Shown piece after piece: positions 32,735 through 42,134 of a stretch of DNA of 64,000 bases. Both the position numbers and the translations under genes were made by a program. The stretch comes from Candidatus Latescibacterota bacterium. GTDB taxonomy: Bacteria; Latescibacterota; UBA2968; UBA8231. Numbering within the stretch: position 1 is the stretch's first letter; each line of letters starts with the position of its first letter. Location of the stretch: NCBI GenBank assembly GCA_965204725.1, contig OZ242005.1, positions 5,216,001 through 5,280,000 on the forward strand, written 5' to 3'. The notes beneath the pieces are model-generated. The model saw only the letters and a program-made list of their open reading frames with translations. It had not been told where the DNA came from and made no database searches.

Positions 32735-33350
32735 GACGGCCAAAATAGCGAGCAAACAGCACCCGGATGTTGGGGGGCGACAGCGGTACTCGGCGATCGA
32801 TCTCGGCCAGCACCGACGCGTTTCCATAGTGGGCAATCGCGCGGCAATTGGCTGGGTTGGGGGGGCCGTTGACCACCACGCCCACGAGCGGACAACCGCC
32901 GCGGCGCAGTTGATCAAGCGTCAATAGCGTGTGATTGATGGTGCCCAATTCGCTGCGCGCCACCACCAGCACCGGCAGCCCCAGCGCGGCCATCAGATCG
33001 ATCATCAGGTGCCGGTCGTTGAGCGGGACCATCACGCCGCCCGCCCCTTCGACGATCAAACGCTTTCGCTCGGGCAGCGCGAAGCGGCTCATCTCAATCT
33101 GTACGCCCTCGCGCCGGGCGGCCTCGTGCGGCGACAGGGGGGCGCGCAAGCGATAGGTCTCCGGCAGGACGCGCTCGGCCGGCAGGTCGGTGACGCGCCG
33201 CACCCAATCGGCGTCGGCCTCACTCCCGCTTTGCACGGGCTTCCAATAGGCGGCTTCCAACCCCACAGCGAGCAAGGCCGCGACGTAGGATTTGCCGACG
33301 CCCGTGTCCGTACCGGTGACGAACAAGCGCGAGGGAAGCTCAGCCGCCAC
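32727..33350 (-). CDS. bioD: Dethiobiotin synthase
   Basis: GTDTGVGKS, KPVQSG, VEGAGG, LGTINHT. Confidence 0.96.
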   Translation of the reverse strand: MAAELPSRLFVTGTDTGVGKSYVAALLAVGLEAAYWKPVQSGSEADADWVRRVTDLPAERVLPETYRLRAPLSPHEAARREGVQIEMSRFALPERKRLIVEGAGGVMVPLNDRHLMIDLMAALGLPVLVVARSELGTINHTLLTLDQLRRGGCPLVGVVVNGPPNPANCRAIAHYGNASVLAEIDRRVPLSPPNIRVLFARYFGRHG

Positions 33351-34146
33351 GGTGCCCCGCTTTCTCGACCGCTAGGTAATGAATGGCGCACGTGATCTCC
33401 ACGCCGTTGGGACAATCGCGATCCCAGCCTCGCACGAGTCGGCGCAGTTGCGCCGGGCCGAGGGGGCTTAGCCGCATCGGCGCAGTTGCGCCCGTGCGCT
33501 TGAGGTGGCGCAAAAAGTCGTGCGCGGTTGGGAAGCGCAGCCGGACCACTTGTTCCCATTGGCGCACGGCGACCGGCTCGGCTGCGAAGGCGTGGGCGAC
33601 GGCCGCGAAGGCCGGCAAGGCGTTGGCGGTGCAGGGGACGCCTTGGCGCGCGCATTGGCGGTGCCATTCGGCGTATGAACCCATGCCCGGATAGGAGCAG
33701 AGCAAGTGTCCGCCGGGTTTGAGCGCGGCTAATAGTTGCTTTAGCCCAGCGTGCAAATCGGCGAACCACTGAACCACAAAGCTGGCGCAGATCAAGGCGT
33801 AGTCTCCCTCGCTTCTTAGTTGCTCCCCGTCCAAGACCCGATAGCGGATGTCTGGATGGACTACTTGGGCAGCCATGTTTTGCCGACAATGCGCGACCAT
33901 GGCCGGCGCGAGGTCGGTCAGTTCCAAGCGACGCTCTGGGAAGAGCGCGGCCAAGGACGCGCTCAAAAAGCCCGTGCCGCAGCCGATTTCGAGCACCGGG
34001 CCTTCTACTAGCTGGCCAGCGCACCCGGTGGCGCACTGGGCCAAAGTGGCGGCACCAACGCGCTGCTCCTCGGCGTGGCAATCGTACGTTGAGGAGCAGC
34101 GGGAGAAATTCTCAACGACGCGCGCCTTAAAACTCGCTGCCGTCAT
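33340..34146 (-). CDS. bioC: Malonyl-ACP O-methyltransferase
   Basis: F...YD.HA..Q, LEIGCGTG, QWF, LK.TGA; bio operon context. Confidence 0.88.
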   Translation of the reverse strand: MTAASFKARVVENFSRCSSTYDCHAEEQRVGAATLAQCATGCAGQLVEGPVLEIGCGTGFLSASLAALFPERRLELTDLAPAMVAHCRQNMAAQVVHPDIRYRVLDGEQLRSEGDYALICASFVVQWFADLHAGLKQLLAALKPGGHLLCSYPGMGSYAEWHRQCARQGVPCTANALPAFAAVAHAFAAEPVAVRQWEQVVRLRFPTAHDFLRHLKRTGATAPMRLSPLGPAQLRRLVRGWDRDCPNGVEITCAIHYLAVEKAGHRGG

Positions 34147-34802
34147 ACCGGGTGCATCCCGCGCCAAGCCCGTTCAACGTGCTCCCAACACGCCCTAGGA
34201 TGCGTCAGGGGCAGCGCGTGACCGGCCTCCGCGACGATGGTCAGCGCACTATTGGGCAGCAACGCGCTCAGCTCCTCGGCCCGCTCTACGGGCACCACGC
34301 GGTCGCGGCGACCGTGCAAAATGAGCACCCGCGTTGCGGCCGGTATCGCGGCTAGTTCCAGCACGCTCTCCTGCAACAGTTGCAAATCGCGGCGCAAGCT
34401 AGCCGCGTCAATGGCCTTGGGCCAGTGACGGTCTGGCGGGGCGTCACAACGGGCGTAAAAATCGGCCAATAAGGCCGCTGGCTCGCGTTCCAAGCGGGCG
34501 AGCATCTGCGCTACCGTGCGGCGCGAGCGTCGGGCCTGACGGGCGCACGGCGAGTGAAAGTGGTGAAAGCCGCTGAGGATCGCGATCACGTCCGCCGCCC
34601 ATAGCGACGGCGGCAACAGGTGCGAGCCGAGGGAGTGCGCCAAGACGATGCGGGGCCGGGCCGCGACCGTTGCGACCGGGCCAAAATACCCTCGGTCTGG
34701 GCAGTGCAGCGCGAAGCTGGCGGGCAAGACTTCCCGCCAGCGGTCCCAGCACCCCGCGCCAAAACCCCACCCGTGTTGGGCGACTACGTCAACGATGGCC
34801 AT
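34143..34802 (-). CDS. Pimeloyl-ACP methyl ester esterase-like alpha/beta hydrolase (BioH-like)
   Basis: HGWG, AHSLG nucleophile motif, HG..D.VVP, GH; between bioF and bioC. Confidence 0.8.
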   Translation of the reverse strand: MAIVDVVAQHGWGFGAGCWDRWREVLPASFALHCPDRGYFGPVATVAARPRIVLAHSLGSHLLPPSLWAADVIAILSGFHHFHSPCARQARRSRRTVAQMLARLEREPAALLADFYARCDAPPDRHWPKAIDAASLRRDLQLLQESVLELAAIPAATRVLILHGRRDRVVPVERAEELSALLPNSALTIVAEAGHALPLTHPRACWEHVERAWRGMHPV

Positions 34803-35952
34803 CGCGCCACCGCTGGAGCAGGTCCACCAGCATATCGAGGTCGCTCTGCTGGTGCAGGGCACTGAGCGCCAAGCGCAGCCGCGCCCGGCCCGGCTCGACC
34901 GTGGGCGGGCGAATGGCCGCGGCTAGGACGCCATTTTTTTCTAGATAGGCGTTCAGGGCCAACGCTACGCCCTCCGCGCCCACCATCAGCGGCACGATCT
35001 GCGCGGTCGCCGTCCCGGTATCCCAGCCTTGCGCCCGGAGTGCGCCGCGCAAATAGTTGGCGTGCGCGAGCAAGGTGCGGCGCTGGGCGTCCATTTGCGG
35101 CACCAACTCTAGCGCCGCATTGACCGCGCCCAAAACGGCCGGCGGCAGCGCGGTCGTATAGATAAACCCTGGGCAGCAGTTGACCAAGTACTCCCACACC
35201 TTCTCGCCGCAGGCCACGTATGCCCCAAACGACCCGAGGGCCTTGCCGAACGTGCCGATGGATAGGTCAACGGCCTTGCCGCATGTCAGCCCCATCCCCC
35301 GCTCGCCCAAAACGCCCGTGGCGTGCGCGTCGTCGATGACCAGCAGCGCGTCGAACTCTCCGGCCAATTCGACGAGCGCGTCGATGTCGCTGATGTCGCC
35401 GTCCATGCTAAACACCGATTCGGTGACGATCACCCGGCGCGAGGACGTCGCCGCGCTTTCAGCCAGCAGGGCGCGCAGGTGATCCAAGTCGCCGTGGCGA
35501 TAGCGCCGCAGCCGACCGCGCCCCAAGAGTGCCCCTTGAACCAAGCTGTTGTGGCAGAGCCGGTCGAGCAAGATGAGGGTGCGCCGATCGACCAACGCCG
35601 GCAGCAGCGAAACATTGGCCTGATAGCCCGAATTGAGTACCAGCGCCCGCTCGGTCTGCTTGAGCGCGGCCAAGGTCTGCTCCACTTGGGCAAAGCCCGG
35701 CTGAGAGCCACAAACCAAGCGCGCGGCCGTGGCCCCGGCCCCGTAGTGCTCGACGAATTCAATGGCCCGCGCCCGGACGAGCGGGTGCGACGCCAAGCCG
35801 AGATAATCGTTGGAGCTAAAATTGACCAACTCGCGGCCCTCGGCGCGCACACGCGCCCGGCCGCACGGCTCCCAAGTCCGCAACGACCGCAACTGCCCGG
35901 CCTGTTGCCGCCGCGCCAATTCGGCGCGCATAAAATCGAATTTTGCCGGCAT
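34789..35952 (-). CDS. bioF: 8-amino-7-oxononanoate synthase
   Basis: SSNDYLGL, ESVFSMDGD, DDAHATG, TFGKALG, IRPPTV. Confidence 0.95.
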   Translation of the reverse strand: MPAKFDFMRAELARRQQAGQLRSLRTWEPCGRARVRAEGRELVNFSSNDYLGLASHPLVRARAIEFVEHYGAGATAARLVCGSQPGFAQVEQTLAALKQTERALVLNSGYQANVSLLPALVDRRTLILLDRLCHNSLVQGALLGRGRLRRYRHGDLDHLRALLAESAATSSRRVIVTESVFSMDGDISDIDALVELAGEFDALLVIDDAHATGVLGERGMGLTCGKAVDLSIGTFGKALGSFGAYVACGEKVWEYLVNCCPGFIYTTALPPAVLGAVNAALELVPQMDAQRRTLLAHANYLRGALRAQGWDTGTATAQIVPLMVGAEGVALALNAYLEKNGVLAAAIRPPTVEPGRARLRLALSALHQQSDLDMLVDLLQRWRDGHR

Positions 35953-36063
35953 AAAGGGAAGCTGTGCCAAATGATTCGCCCTAGCAAGGCGAGCCGCCTA
36001 CAGGCTTGCCGCGCAAGGGGCGTTGCTCTATACTATCGCCTGTGAACGCGCTCCTCCGCTGCC

Positions 36064-36957
36064 ATGGCGACGACCAATAAAATCACTGTTTCTTCGCTCC
36101 AAGCCAAAAAGGAGCGGGGCCAGAAGATCTGCATGTTGACGGCCTACGACTATCCCACGGCTGCGCTCCAAGACGAAGCCGGCCTCGACGTGATCTTGGT
36201 CGGCGATTCTGTGGGGACCAACGTCTTGGGGTATCGCGGCCCGCAGCAGGTGACCATGGACGACATCCTCCACCACCTGCGGGCGGTGCGCCGGGCGGTG
36301 CGCCGGGCCTTTCTCCTCGCCGATCTGCCCTTTATGTCCTTTCAGCCGTCGGTCGAAGCCGCGGTCCAAAACGCCGGGCGCCTAGTCCAAGAAGGCGGGG
36401 CCGAAGGCGTCAAATTAGAGGGCGGTCTGCCGGTCTTGCCGCAGCTAAAGGCCATTGTTGACGCCGGCGTTCCGGTCGTCGGCCACCTCGGGTTTACCCC
36501 GCAGTCCCAAGCCCGCGAATTTTACTTGTTCAGCGACCGGCGCGGCACCGTGCCCAAGTTTCACGGCAAAGGGCCAAAGGGTGCCCAAGCCCTCGTCGAG
36601 CAAGCCCTGCGCCTAGAGGACGCTGGCGTGTTCTCCTTGGTCCTAGAGATGGTCACCGAAGAAGCCGCCCAAGCCGTGGCCGAGCGGCTCAAAATTCCGG
36701 TCGTCGGCATCGGCGCGGGCCGCTATTGCGACGGCCAAGTGCTAATCGTCCACGATCTCGTCGGCCTCAACGAAGAGGCCCTAATCCTGACCAAGGCCTA
36801 CGGCCAAACGCGCCAAGTTTGGGTCGAAATGTTCAAAACCTACTGCCGAGAAGTCGCGGCTGGCCTCTTTCCCACGGCCGAAAACACAGCGCACATGGCC
36901 CCGGAAAAACGCGCCCGACTAGACCAAATGCTCAGCGAGCGTGCCCCGAGTCCCTGA
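36064..36957 (+). CDS. panB: 3-methyl-2-oxobutanoate hydroxymethyltransferase
   Basis: LTAYDY, LVGDS, VKLEGG, GHLGFTPQ, GIGAG..CDGQVL. Confidence 0.95.
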   Translation: MATTNKITVSSLQAKKERGQKICMLTAYDYPTAALQDEAGLDVILVGDSVGTNVLGYRGPQQVTMDDILHHLRAVRRAVRRAFLLADLPFMSFQPSVEAAVQNAGRLVQEGGAEGVKLEGGLPVLPQLKAIVDAGVPVVGHLGFTPQSQAREFYLFSDRRGTVPKFHGKGPKGAQALVEQALRLEDAGVFSLVLEMVTEEAAQAVAERLKIPVVGIGAGRYCDGQVLIVHDLVGLNEEALILTKAYGQTRQVWVEMFKTYCREVAAGLFPTAENTAHMAPEKRARLDQMLSERAPSP

Positions 36958-36979
36958 GCCTTCGAGAGGAGAGTTTCCC

Positions 36980-38497
36980 ATGCGCCTATTCTACGCCGCC
37001 GCCCTGATTTTGTGGGCTGTTGCCCCGGCCTTGGCCCAAGACGCCGACCAAAGCTGGATCCGAGAAAGCATCGCCAGCTTGGATGCTGCGTTTGGGTCCA
37101 TCGTCGCGGCGATGGCCGCCGTTCTCTTCGCCGACCTAGGGACGAAAATTCCCCTCATTATATGGGCGCTCGTCCTAGGCGGCATCTACTATTCGTTCTA
37201 TTTTGGCTGGATTTCCCTGCGCGGCTTCCGCCATGCCATCGACGTCCTCCGAGGCCGCTACGACGACCCCAACGATCCCGGGGAAATCTCCCATTTCCAA
37301 GCCCTCACCAGCGCCCTGTCGGCCACCATTGGTCTCGGCAACATCGCCGGCGTCGCCATTGCCGTCAGCTTGGGCGGGCCGGGCGCGGTCTTTTGGATGC
37401 TCCTGACCGCCTTGTTCGGCATGTCCTCCAAGCTGGCCTCCTGCACCCTAGCCGTCATGTATCGCAAAATTCACCCCGACGGTCGCATCTCCGGTGGGCC
37501 GATGTACTACCTAGAGCACGGGCTGGCCAGTAAGGGGCTCAAGTCGTTGGGGCGCGTGTTCGCCATTCTGTTCGCCATCTTTACCATCGGCGGCTCCATC
37601 GGCGGCGGCAACATGTTCCAAGTCAACCAGACGGTCGAGATCCTCAGCACCGTATCGCCGGCTGTGGGGGACTACAACTGGGCCTTTGGCCTCCTCTTCG
37701 CCTTGCTGGTCTCCTTGGTCATCATCGGCGGCATCAAGCGGATTGGCCGCGTCACCTCGCGGATCGTGCCCTTCATGTGCCTGCTCTACGTGGCCGCCTC
37801 CCTCGTCATCATTCTGTCGCACCTCGGCGAGGTGCCCGCCATGATCGCGACCATCTTCCGCGAAGCCTTCTCGCCGCAAGCCCTGTACGGCGGCTTTTTG
37901 GGCGTCCTAATCGTCGGCGTCAAGCGCGCGGCCTTTTCCAACGAGGCCGGCCTCGGGTCTGCGGCCTTTGCCCACGCTGCGGCCCGCACCAACGAGCCGG
38001 CACGCGAGGGCATGGTCGCGATGATCGGCCCCTTCATAGACACGATCGTAATCTGCTTGATGACCGCCTTGGTCTGCATGATTACCGGGGTGTACACCGA
38101 TCCTCAGTTCCAAGCGAGCGAAGGCTTTATCGTGGGGGCCAAAATGACCGCGGCGGCCTTTGATTCGTTCCTGCCCGGTGCCCGCTATGTCCTCGCCATC
38201 GGCGTCATGCTCTTTGCGTTCTCAACGATGATTTCTTGGTCGTATTACGGAGAGCGCGCGTGGGAGTACCTCTTTGGCAGTCAATTCAACCTAATCTACC
38301 GGGTCCTTTTCGTCGTCTTCGTCGTCTTCGGCTCGGTCGTCACGCTTAAAAACGTGCTCGACTTTACCGATATGCTCATCTTGAGCATGGCCTTCCCCAA
38401 CATCATCGGCGGCGTCATCCTCAGCCCGCAGATCAAGGCGTGTCTGCAAGAGTACTGGGATCGGCTAAAAAGCGGTCAGATGACGCGCTACAAATAG
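36980..38497 (+). CDS. Alanine/glycine:cation symporter (AGCS family)
   Basis: SATIGLGNIAGVA, GGPGAVFWM, GGPMYY, FSNEAGLGS. Confidence 0.93.
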   Translation: MRLFYAAALILWAVAPALAQDADQSWIRESIASLDAAFGSIVAAMAAVLFADLGTKIPLIIWALVLGGIYYSFYFGWISLRGFRHAIDVLRGRYDDPNDPGEISHFQALTSALSATIGLGNIAGVAIAVSLGGPGAVFWMLLTALFGMSSKLASCTLAVMYRKIHPDGRISGGPMYYLEHGLASKGLKSLGRVFAILFAIFTIGGSIGGGNMFQVNQTVEILSTVSPAVGDYNWAFGLLFALLVSLVIIGGIKRIGRVTSRIVPFMCLLYVAASLVIILSHLGEVPAMIATIFREAFSPQALYGGFLGVLIVGVKRAAFSNEAGLGSAAFAHAAARTNEPAREGMVAMIGPFIDTIVICLMTALVCMITGVYTDPQFQASEGFIVGAKMTAAAFDSFLPGARYVLAIGVMLFAFSTMISWSYYGERAWEYLFGSQFNLIYRVLFVVFVVFGSVVTLKNVLDFTDMLILSMAFPNIIGGVILSPQIKACLQEYWDRLKSGQMTRYK

Positions 38498-38524
38498 CGG
38501 CTCGCGCTGCCCGCGTCCCATTTA

Positions 38525-39631
38525 CTATTGAGAAGCCTGCAACCGCCGCACCCGCGCCGGGGTGTGGTCTTGGCCAATCTCCGCGGAGAGAATGCCCAAC
38601 GAGCGGTCCGCTAGCGGCAGATCCACGCGGACCAACCCGTTGCGGTGCGATTGGCGCAAGGCAATGGCCACTTCGAGGGCGGCTCGACCATCGTCGCCCG
38701 AGCAGCGCGGCGGCGATCCCGTCTCAATGGCGTGAATCAGATCCTCTATAATGGTCAGGCCCATGCCTTGGATGTGCGTTGGATAGGGAAAGGGTACGGA
38801 CGCGGGCACTCCACGTCCCCGGTTGCCGCCCGGAGCCGTGCGGATGTACTCCATTTGGGTGCAATTGGCTAAAGAACGGATGCGGCCCTCGGAGCCAATG
38901 ACGTCGATTTCCCAAGCCGCGACCCCGGTGGGAGTGGCGCGGATAAAGGCGCGGACGCCATTGTCAAAGCAGAGGTAGCCGTTGCCCTGCGGATCGGTTT
39001 CGCCCGCGGCCGCGGCATCCGATTCCATTTCGCCAAAAACCCACTCAACCTGCCCCCCCGCCATGTAGCGCACAATGTCGATGAGGTGGCTGCCGTTGTG
39101 CGACAGGCCGCACTGGGCATAGCCGGTGACTTGGAGGATTTGCCCGAGTGCCCCTTTGTCAATGAGGGCGCGGGCCTCGCTAAAGAACGGGTTCCAGCGG
39201 CGGGCGCAGTTAATGGCCAAGGCCGTGCCGTGTTGGCGGCATACCTCTACCATGGCATCGGCTTCGGCCAAGGTCAGGGCGATGGGCTTTTCGGCCCATA
39301 TTGCCTTGACGCCTGCGCGGGCGCAGTCCTCGACGATCTGCGAGCGAATGCGGGCGGTAGTGCAGACGCTGACCAAGTCGAGGTTTTCTCGCTCCAACAT
39401 TTGGCGGTAGTCGCTGTAGAGATGGTCTCGCGCTAGGCCCCAGCGGTCGCCAAAAATGGCGCGTTGCTCGTCGTGCGGGTCGGCGCCGGCCACCAGTTCC
39501 GCATGGGGTGAAGCGCGGTACGAGGGGGCGTGGCAATAGGGCAGAAAAATGGACCCGCCTTCGCTCATTTCGTCGTCGAACGTGCTGCCCATGCGGCCCA
39601 AGCCGATAACGGCGGCGCGATGCGTAGTCAT
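38525..39631 (-). CDS. Gfo/Idh/MocA-family oxidoreductase
   Basis: GLGRMG Rossmann motif, AEKP, HNGSHLID. Confidence 0.9.
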   Translation of the reverse strand: MTTHRAAVIGLGRMGSTFDDEMSEGGSIFLPYCHAPSYRASPHAELVAGADPHDEQRAIFGDRWGLARDHLYSDYRQMLERENLDLVSVCTTARIRSQIVEDCARAGVKAIWAEKPIALTLAEADAMVEVCRQHGTALAINCARRWNPFFSEARALIDKGALGQILQVTGYAQCGLSHNGSHLIDIVRYMAGGQVEWVFGEMESDAAAAGETDPQGNGYLCFDNGVRAFIRATPTGVAAWEIDVIGSEGRIRSLANCTQMEYIRTAPGGNRGRGVPASVPFPYPTHIQGMGLTIIEDLIHAIETGSPPRCSGDDGRAALEVAIALRQSHRNGLVRVDLPLADRSLGILSAEIGQDHTPARVRRLQASQ

Positions 39632-39869
39632 GGTCTCCTCCGGCGTTTTGGGTGGGGCTATAAGGGGACTGCCGTCTGGCGACAGTGAATGGAGCATAAC
39701 TCGCAGCGATGGGTGACGCAACGCATTAGGGGTTGGGGGGGTAGCTCATTGACGGCTTCGATGTCAAAATGTTGATTAGGAAGTCGTCCAACAGGCCGCC
39801 GCGTTGCCTCCATCGCAGAGGTCCGAATGCTCAATACAACCCCTACCCATGTTGCCACCCCCGTTTGAT

Positions 39870-41786
39870 ATGCAGCGGCTGAAGAGCGTCTCCCTGCTGC
39901 CCTTTGTCGTCCTCGTCGCCGTGCTCGGCGCAGTGCATGTCTTGGTCCGCACTTCCACCTATGGCGCGACGATCACGCCGGACTCCGTGCTGTACCTGTC
40001 CGTTGCCGCCAATCTCAGTGCCGGAGAGGGCTTACACGATTTCACGGGCGCAGTGCCCCTGTATCATCCGCCTTTCTTTCCCATCCTCCTGTCTGCGGTT
40101 GGTCTGGCCGGTATCGAGCCGGCCGATGCCGGTCGGCTGGTCAACGCCGTTGCCTTTGGCCTGATCATTTTGCTGTCGGGCCTCTATCTGCGCCGAACCC
40201 TCGTCTCGCCCCTCCTTGCGGCCGGCGCGACGCTGGTTCTCGCGACCTCCTTTAACTTCACCCATTTCGCTTCCGGCATCCTGACCGAGCCTTGCTTCAT
40301 CCTGTTCGCGCTCCTCGCCCTGACCCAGATCGAGTCCTTCCTGACCCGAAGAGCCGCTTGGCGGTCCCTCGCGCTCGCGGCCGTGTTCAGCGCCTTGGCC
40401 GCGGCGACGAAGTTCGTGGGCGTAGCGGTGATATTCACGGGAATCCTCATGCTGCTTTTGCGCCGGGAGTGGCCGCTCGCCGCCCGCTTCAAGTCGGCGG
40501 CAAGCTATGGAGGGGTCGCGTCGGCTCCGCTGGCGGTGTTTTTGGTGTACAACTATATGAGCTTCGGGGCACTGGTCAGGGAGTGGCCAAACCCAAAAGA
40601 AGCCGCGTCCCTGTCCCATTCCCTAATTCGCACGGTCTATCTATGCTACCGGGAGATCGTCCCCCCAACCACGCCCGATTGGCTGGCGTATCTCCTCTGG
40701 GCGGCGGGCGGTCTGGTTGGCCTCGGCGCGGTCGTGGTTTGTATGCGGTATAGGAGCGAACTGGCCAAACCGTCCTCCGGCCTCGCGTGGCCGGCTCTCC
40801 CACTGGTCGCGTTTGCCTGCGTGTACTTGGTGTTGATCGTGGTAGTGGTGCCGTTCAAGTTCGGGGCTTCAATCATGCGGATTCGGTTCCTCATGCCATG
40901 CTATGTGCCGCTGGTGCTGTCGGCGGCGATCCTACTGGACCGATTCTTGGCGGTCCGAAGCGAAGGCTGGGCGGCGGCGGTCAAGTGGACTTCAGCCGCC
41001 CTCATACTGATTGGCTGCTGCGCGCTCGTCGGCCGCTCGACCATAAGCAGCCTCGACGCCACGGCGCAGGCTATAGAGTCCGGCTACTTTGGCGACAAGT
41101 ACAATACAGCGTACTGGGACGAGAGCGAGACAATCCGCTACCTGAAAGCCAATCCGACGGACGCGGTGATATACTCCAACCGCAATAGCCTGCTGCACAC
41201 GGTGCTCGCGCTGGATGCCGGGATCAACGTGCGCGGGAAGTATCCCACTTTCCACGACCGGAGCAAACCCCCTGTAATCCCGCAGGACGAAGGCGGCTGG
41301 AGCGGTACGCACTTCGTTTGGCTGCACCAATTCGCATCCTTCTATAAATTCGACGCCGCCGACTTGCGCGCCTTGCCCCAGCTAGAGCCGGGCGCCGAAC
41401 TCGCCGATGGTGCCGTATTCAAAGTCAACAAAGCCTATGACACAGCCGCGTCCCTACGAGCAACGTATAAAGCTGTCGTAGCTGGCGAACCGGCCATCCG
41501 CTCCACCTTTGATGTCTATCTCGGCGAAAGTAATACCCTGACCTACGTCAAACAGCCGTGTACCCGCGCCGATACGGCGGAGCCGTTCTTTCTGCACCTG
41601 TTTCCCGCCCACCGGGAGGACCGGCCCGACGTTGACCGCCTAACCTTTGAATTCGACTGGCGCGGCGTCCGGTTCGACGGCAAGTGCTGGACCGAGCGTG
41701 CGCTGCCCGAATATGCCATCGCCCGCATCCGTACCGGCCAAGGCAAGGCGTGGCAAGCCGAGTTCGACTTGGCCGACGAGAACTGA
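39870..41786 (+). CDS. GT-C/ArnT-like polytopic membrane protein with an unknown C-terminal soluble domain (copy 1)
   Basis: TPDS..Y, HPPFFP, LTEP, TKF.G pattern typical of PMT/ArnT-like glycosyltransferases; about 11-13 transmembrane segments; start could be 39849. Confidence 0.7.
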   Translation: MQRLKSVSLLPFVVLVAVLGAVHVLVRTSTYGATITPDSVLYLSVAANLSAGEGLHDFTGAVPLYHPPFFPILLSAVGLAGIEPADAGRLVNAVAFGLIILLSGLYLRRTLVSPLLAAGATLVLATSFNFTHFASGILTEPCFILFALLALTQIESFLTRRAAWRSLALAAVFSALAAATKFVGVAVIFTGILMLLLRREWPLAARFKSAASYGGVASAPLAVFLVYNYMSFGALVREWPNPKEAASLSHSLIRTVYLCYREIVPPTTPDWLAYLLWAAGGLVGLGAVVVCMRYRSELAKPSSGLAWPALPLVAFACVYLVLIVVVVPFKFGASIMRIRFLMPCYVPLVLSAAILLDRFLAVRSEGWAAAVKWTSAALILIGCCALVGRSTISSLDATAQAIESGYFGDKYNTAYWDESETIRYLKANPTDAVIYSNRNSLLHTVLALDAGINVRGKYPTFHDRSKPPVIPQDEGGWSGTHFVWLHQFASFYKFDAADLRALPQLEPGAELADGAVFKVNKAYDTAASLRATYKAVVAGEPAIRSTFDVYLGESNTLTYVKQPCTRADTAEPFFLHLFPAHREDRPDVDRLTFEFDWRGVRFDGKCWTERALPEYAIARIRTGQGKAWQAEFDLADEN

Positions 41787-41840
41787 ACTACCCTGCGCTA
41801 GGGCCTTGTGCCCCGGCCTACCTACGAAAGGGAACCAACC

Positions 41841-42116
41841 ATGCAGCAACCCCCCGAAGTCAACCCAGATCCCGTGCAAGTAGAGTTATCCAAGCGGTTA
41901 GACAGCTTTGAGCACCATCTCGACCGCATAGAGACCAATCAGCGCGAGGACAACGCCCAATTGCGGCAGGACAACGCCCAGTTGCGGCAGGACATGCGGC
42001 AGGACAACGCCGAGATTCACCGCCGCTTAGACGCGCTCAACGGCCGCATCTATTGGGTTATTGGAACGCAGATCGCGCTTATGGGCCTTTTGTTCGCCGC
42101 CCTGAAACTGACCTAA
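41841..42116 (+). CDS. Small coiled-coil protein with a C-terminal membrane anchor (Bdr/DUF1640-like)
   Basis: GAAAGGG ribosome-binding site, heptad repeats RQDNAQL, C-terminal WVIGTQIALMGLLFAAL. Confidence 0.7.
   Translation: MQQPPEVNPDPVQVELSKRLDSFEHHLDRIETNQREDNAQLRQDNAQLRQDMRQDNAEIHRRLDALNGRIYWVIGTQIALMGLLFAALKLT
41947..42014 (+). repeat. In-frame 21-nt tandem repeat (AGGACAACGCCCA(A/G)TTGCGGC) with one 12-nt short unit
   Basis: Directly visible; encodes DNAQLRQ x2, DMRQ, DNAE. Confidence 0.85.
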
Positions 42117-42134
42117 TTGACCCCCTCCGCTGAG

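Noticed and set aside
41947-42014. Short direct repeats as a possible CRISPR array
   Set aside because: Units are contiguous with no unique spacers and lie in frame within a coding sequence; no cas genes
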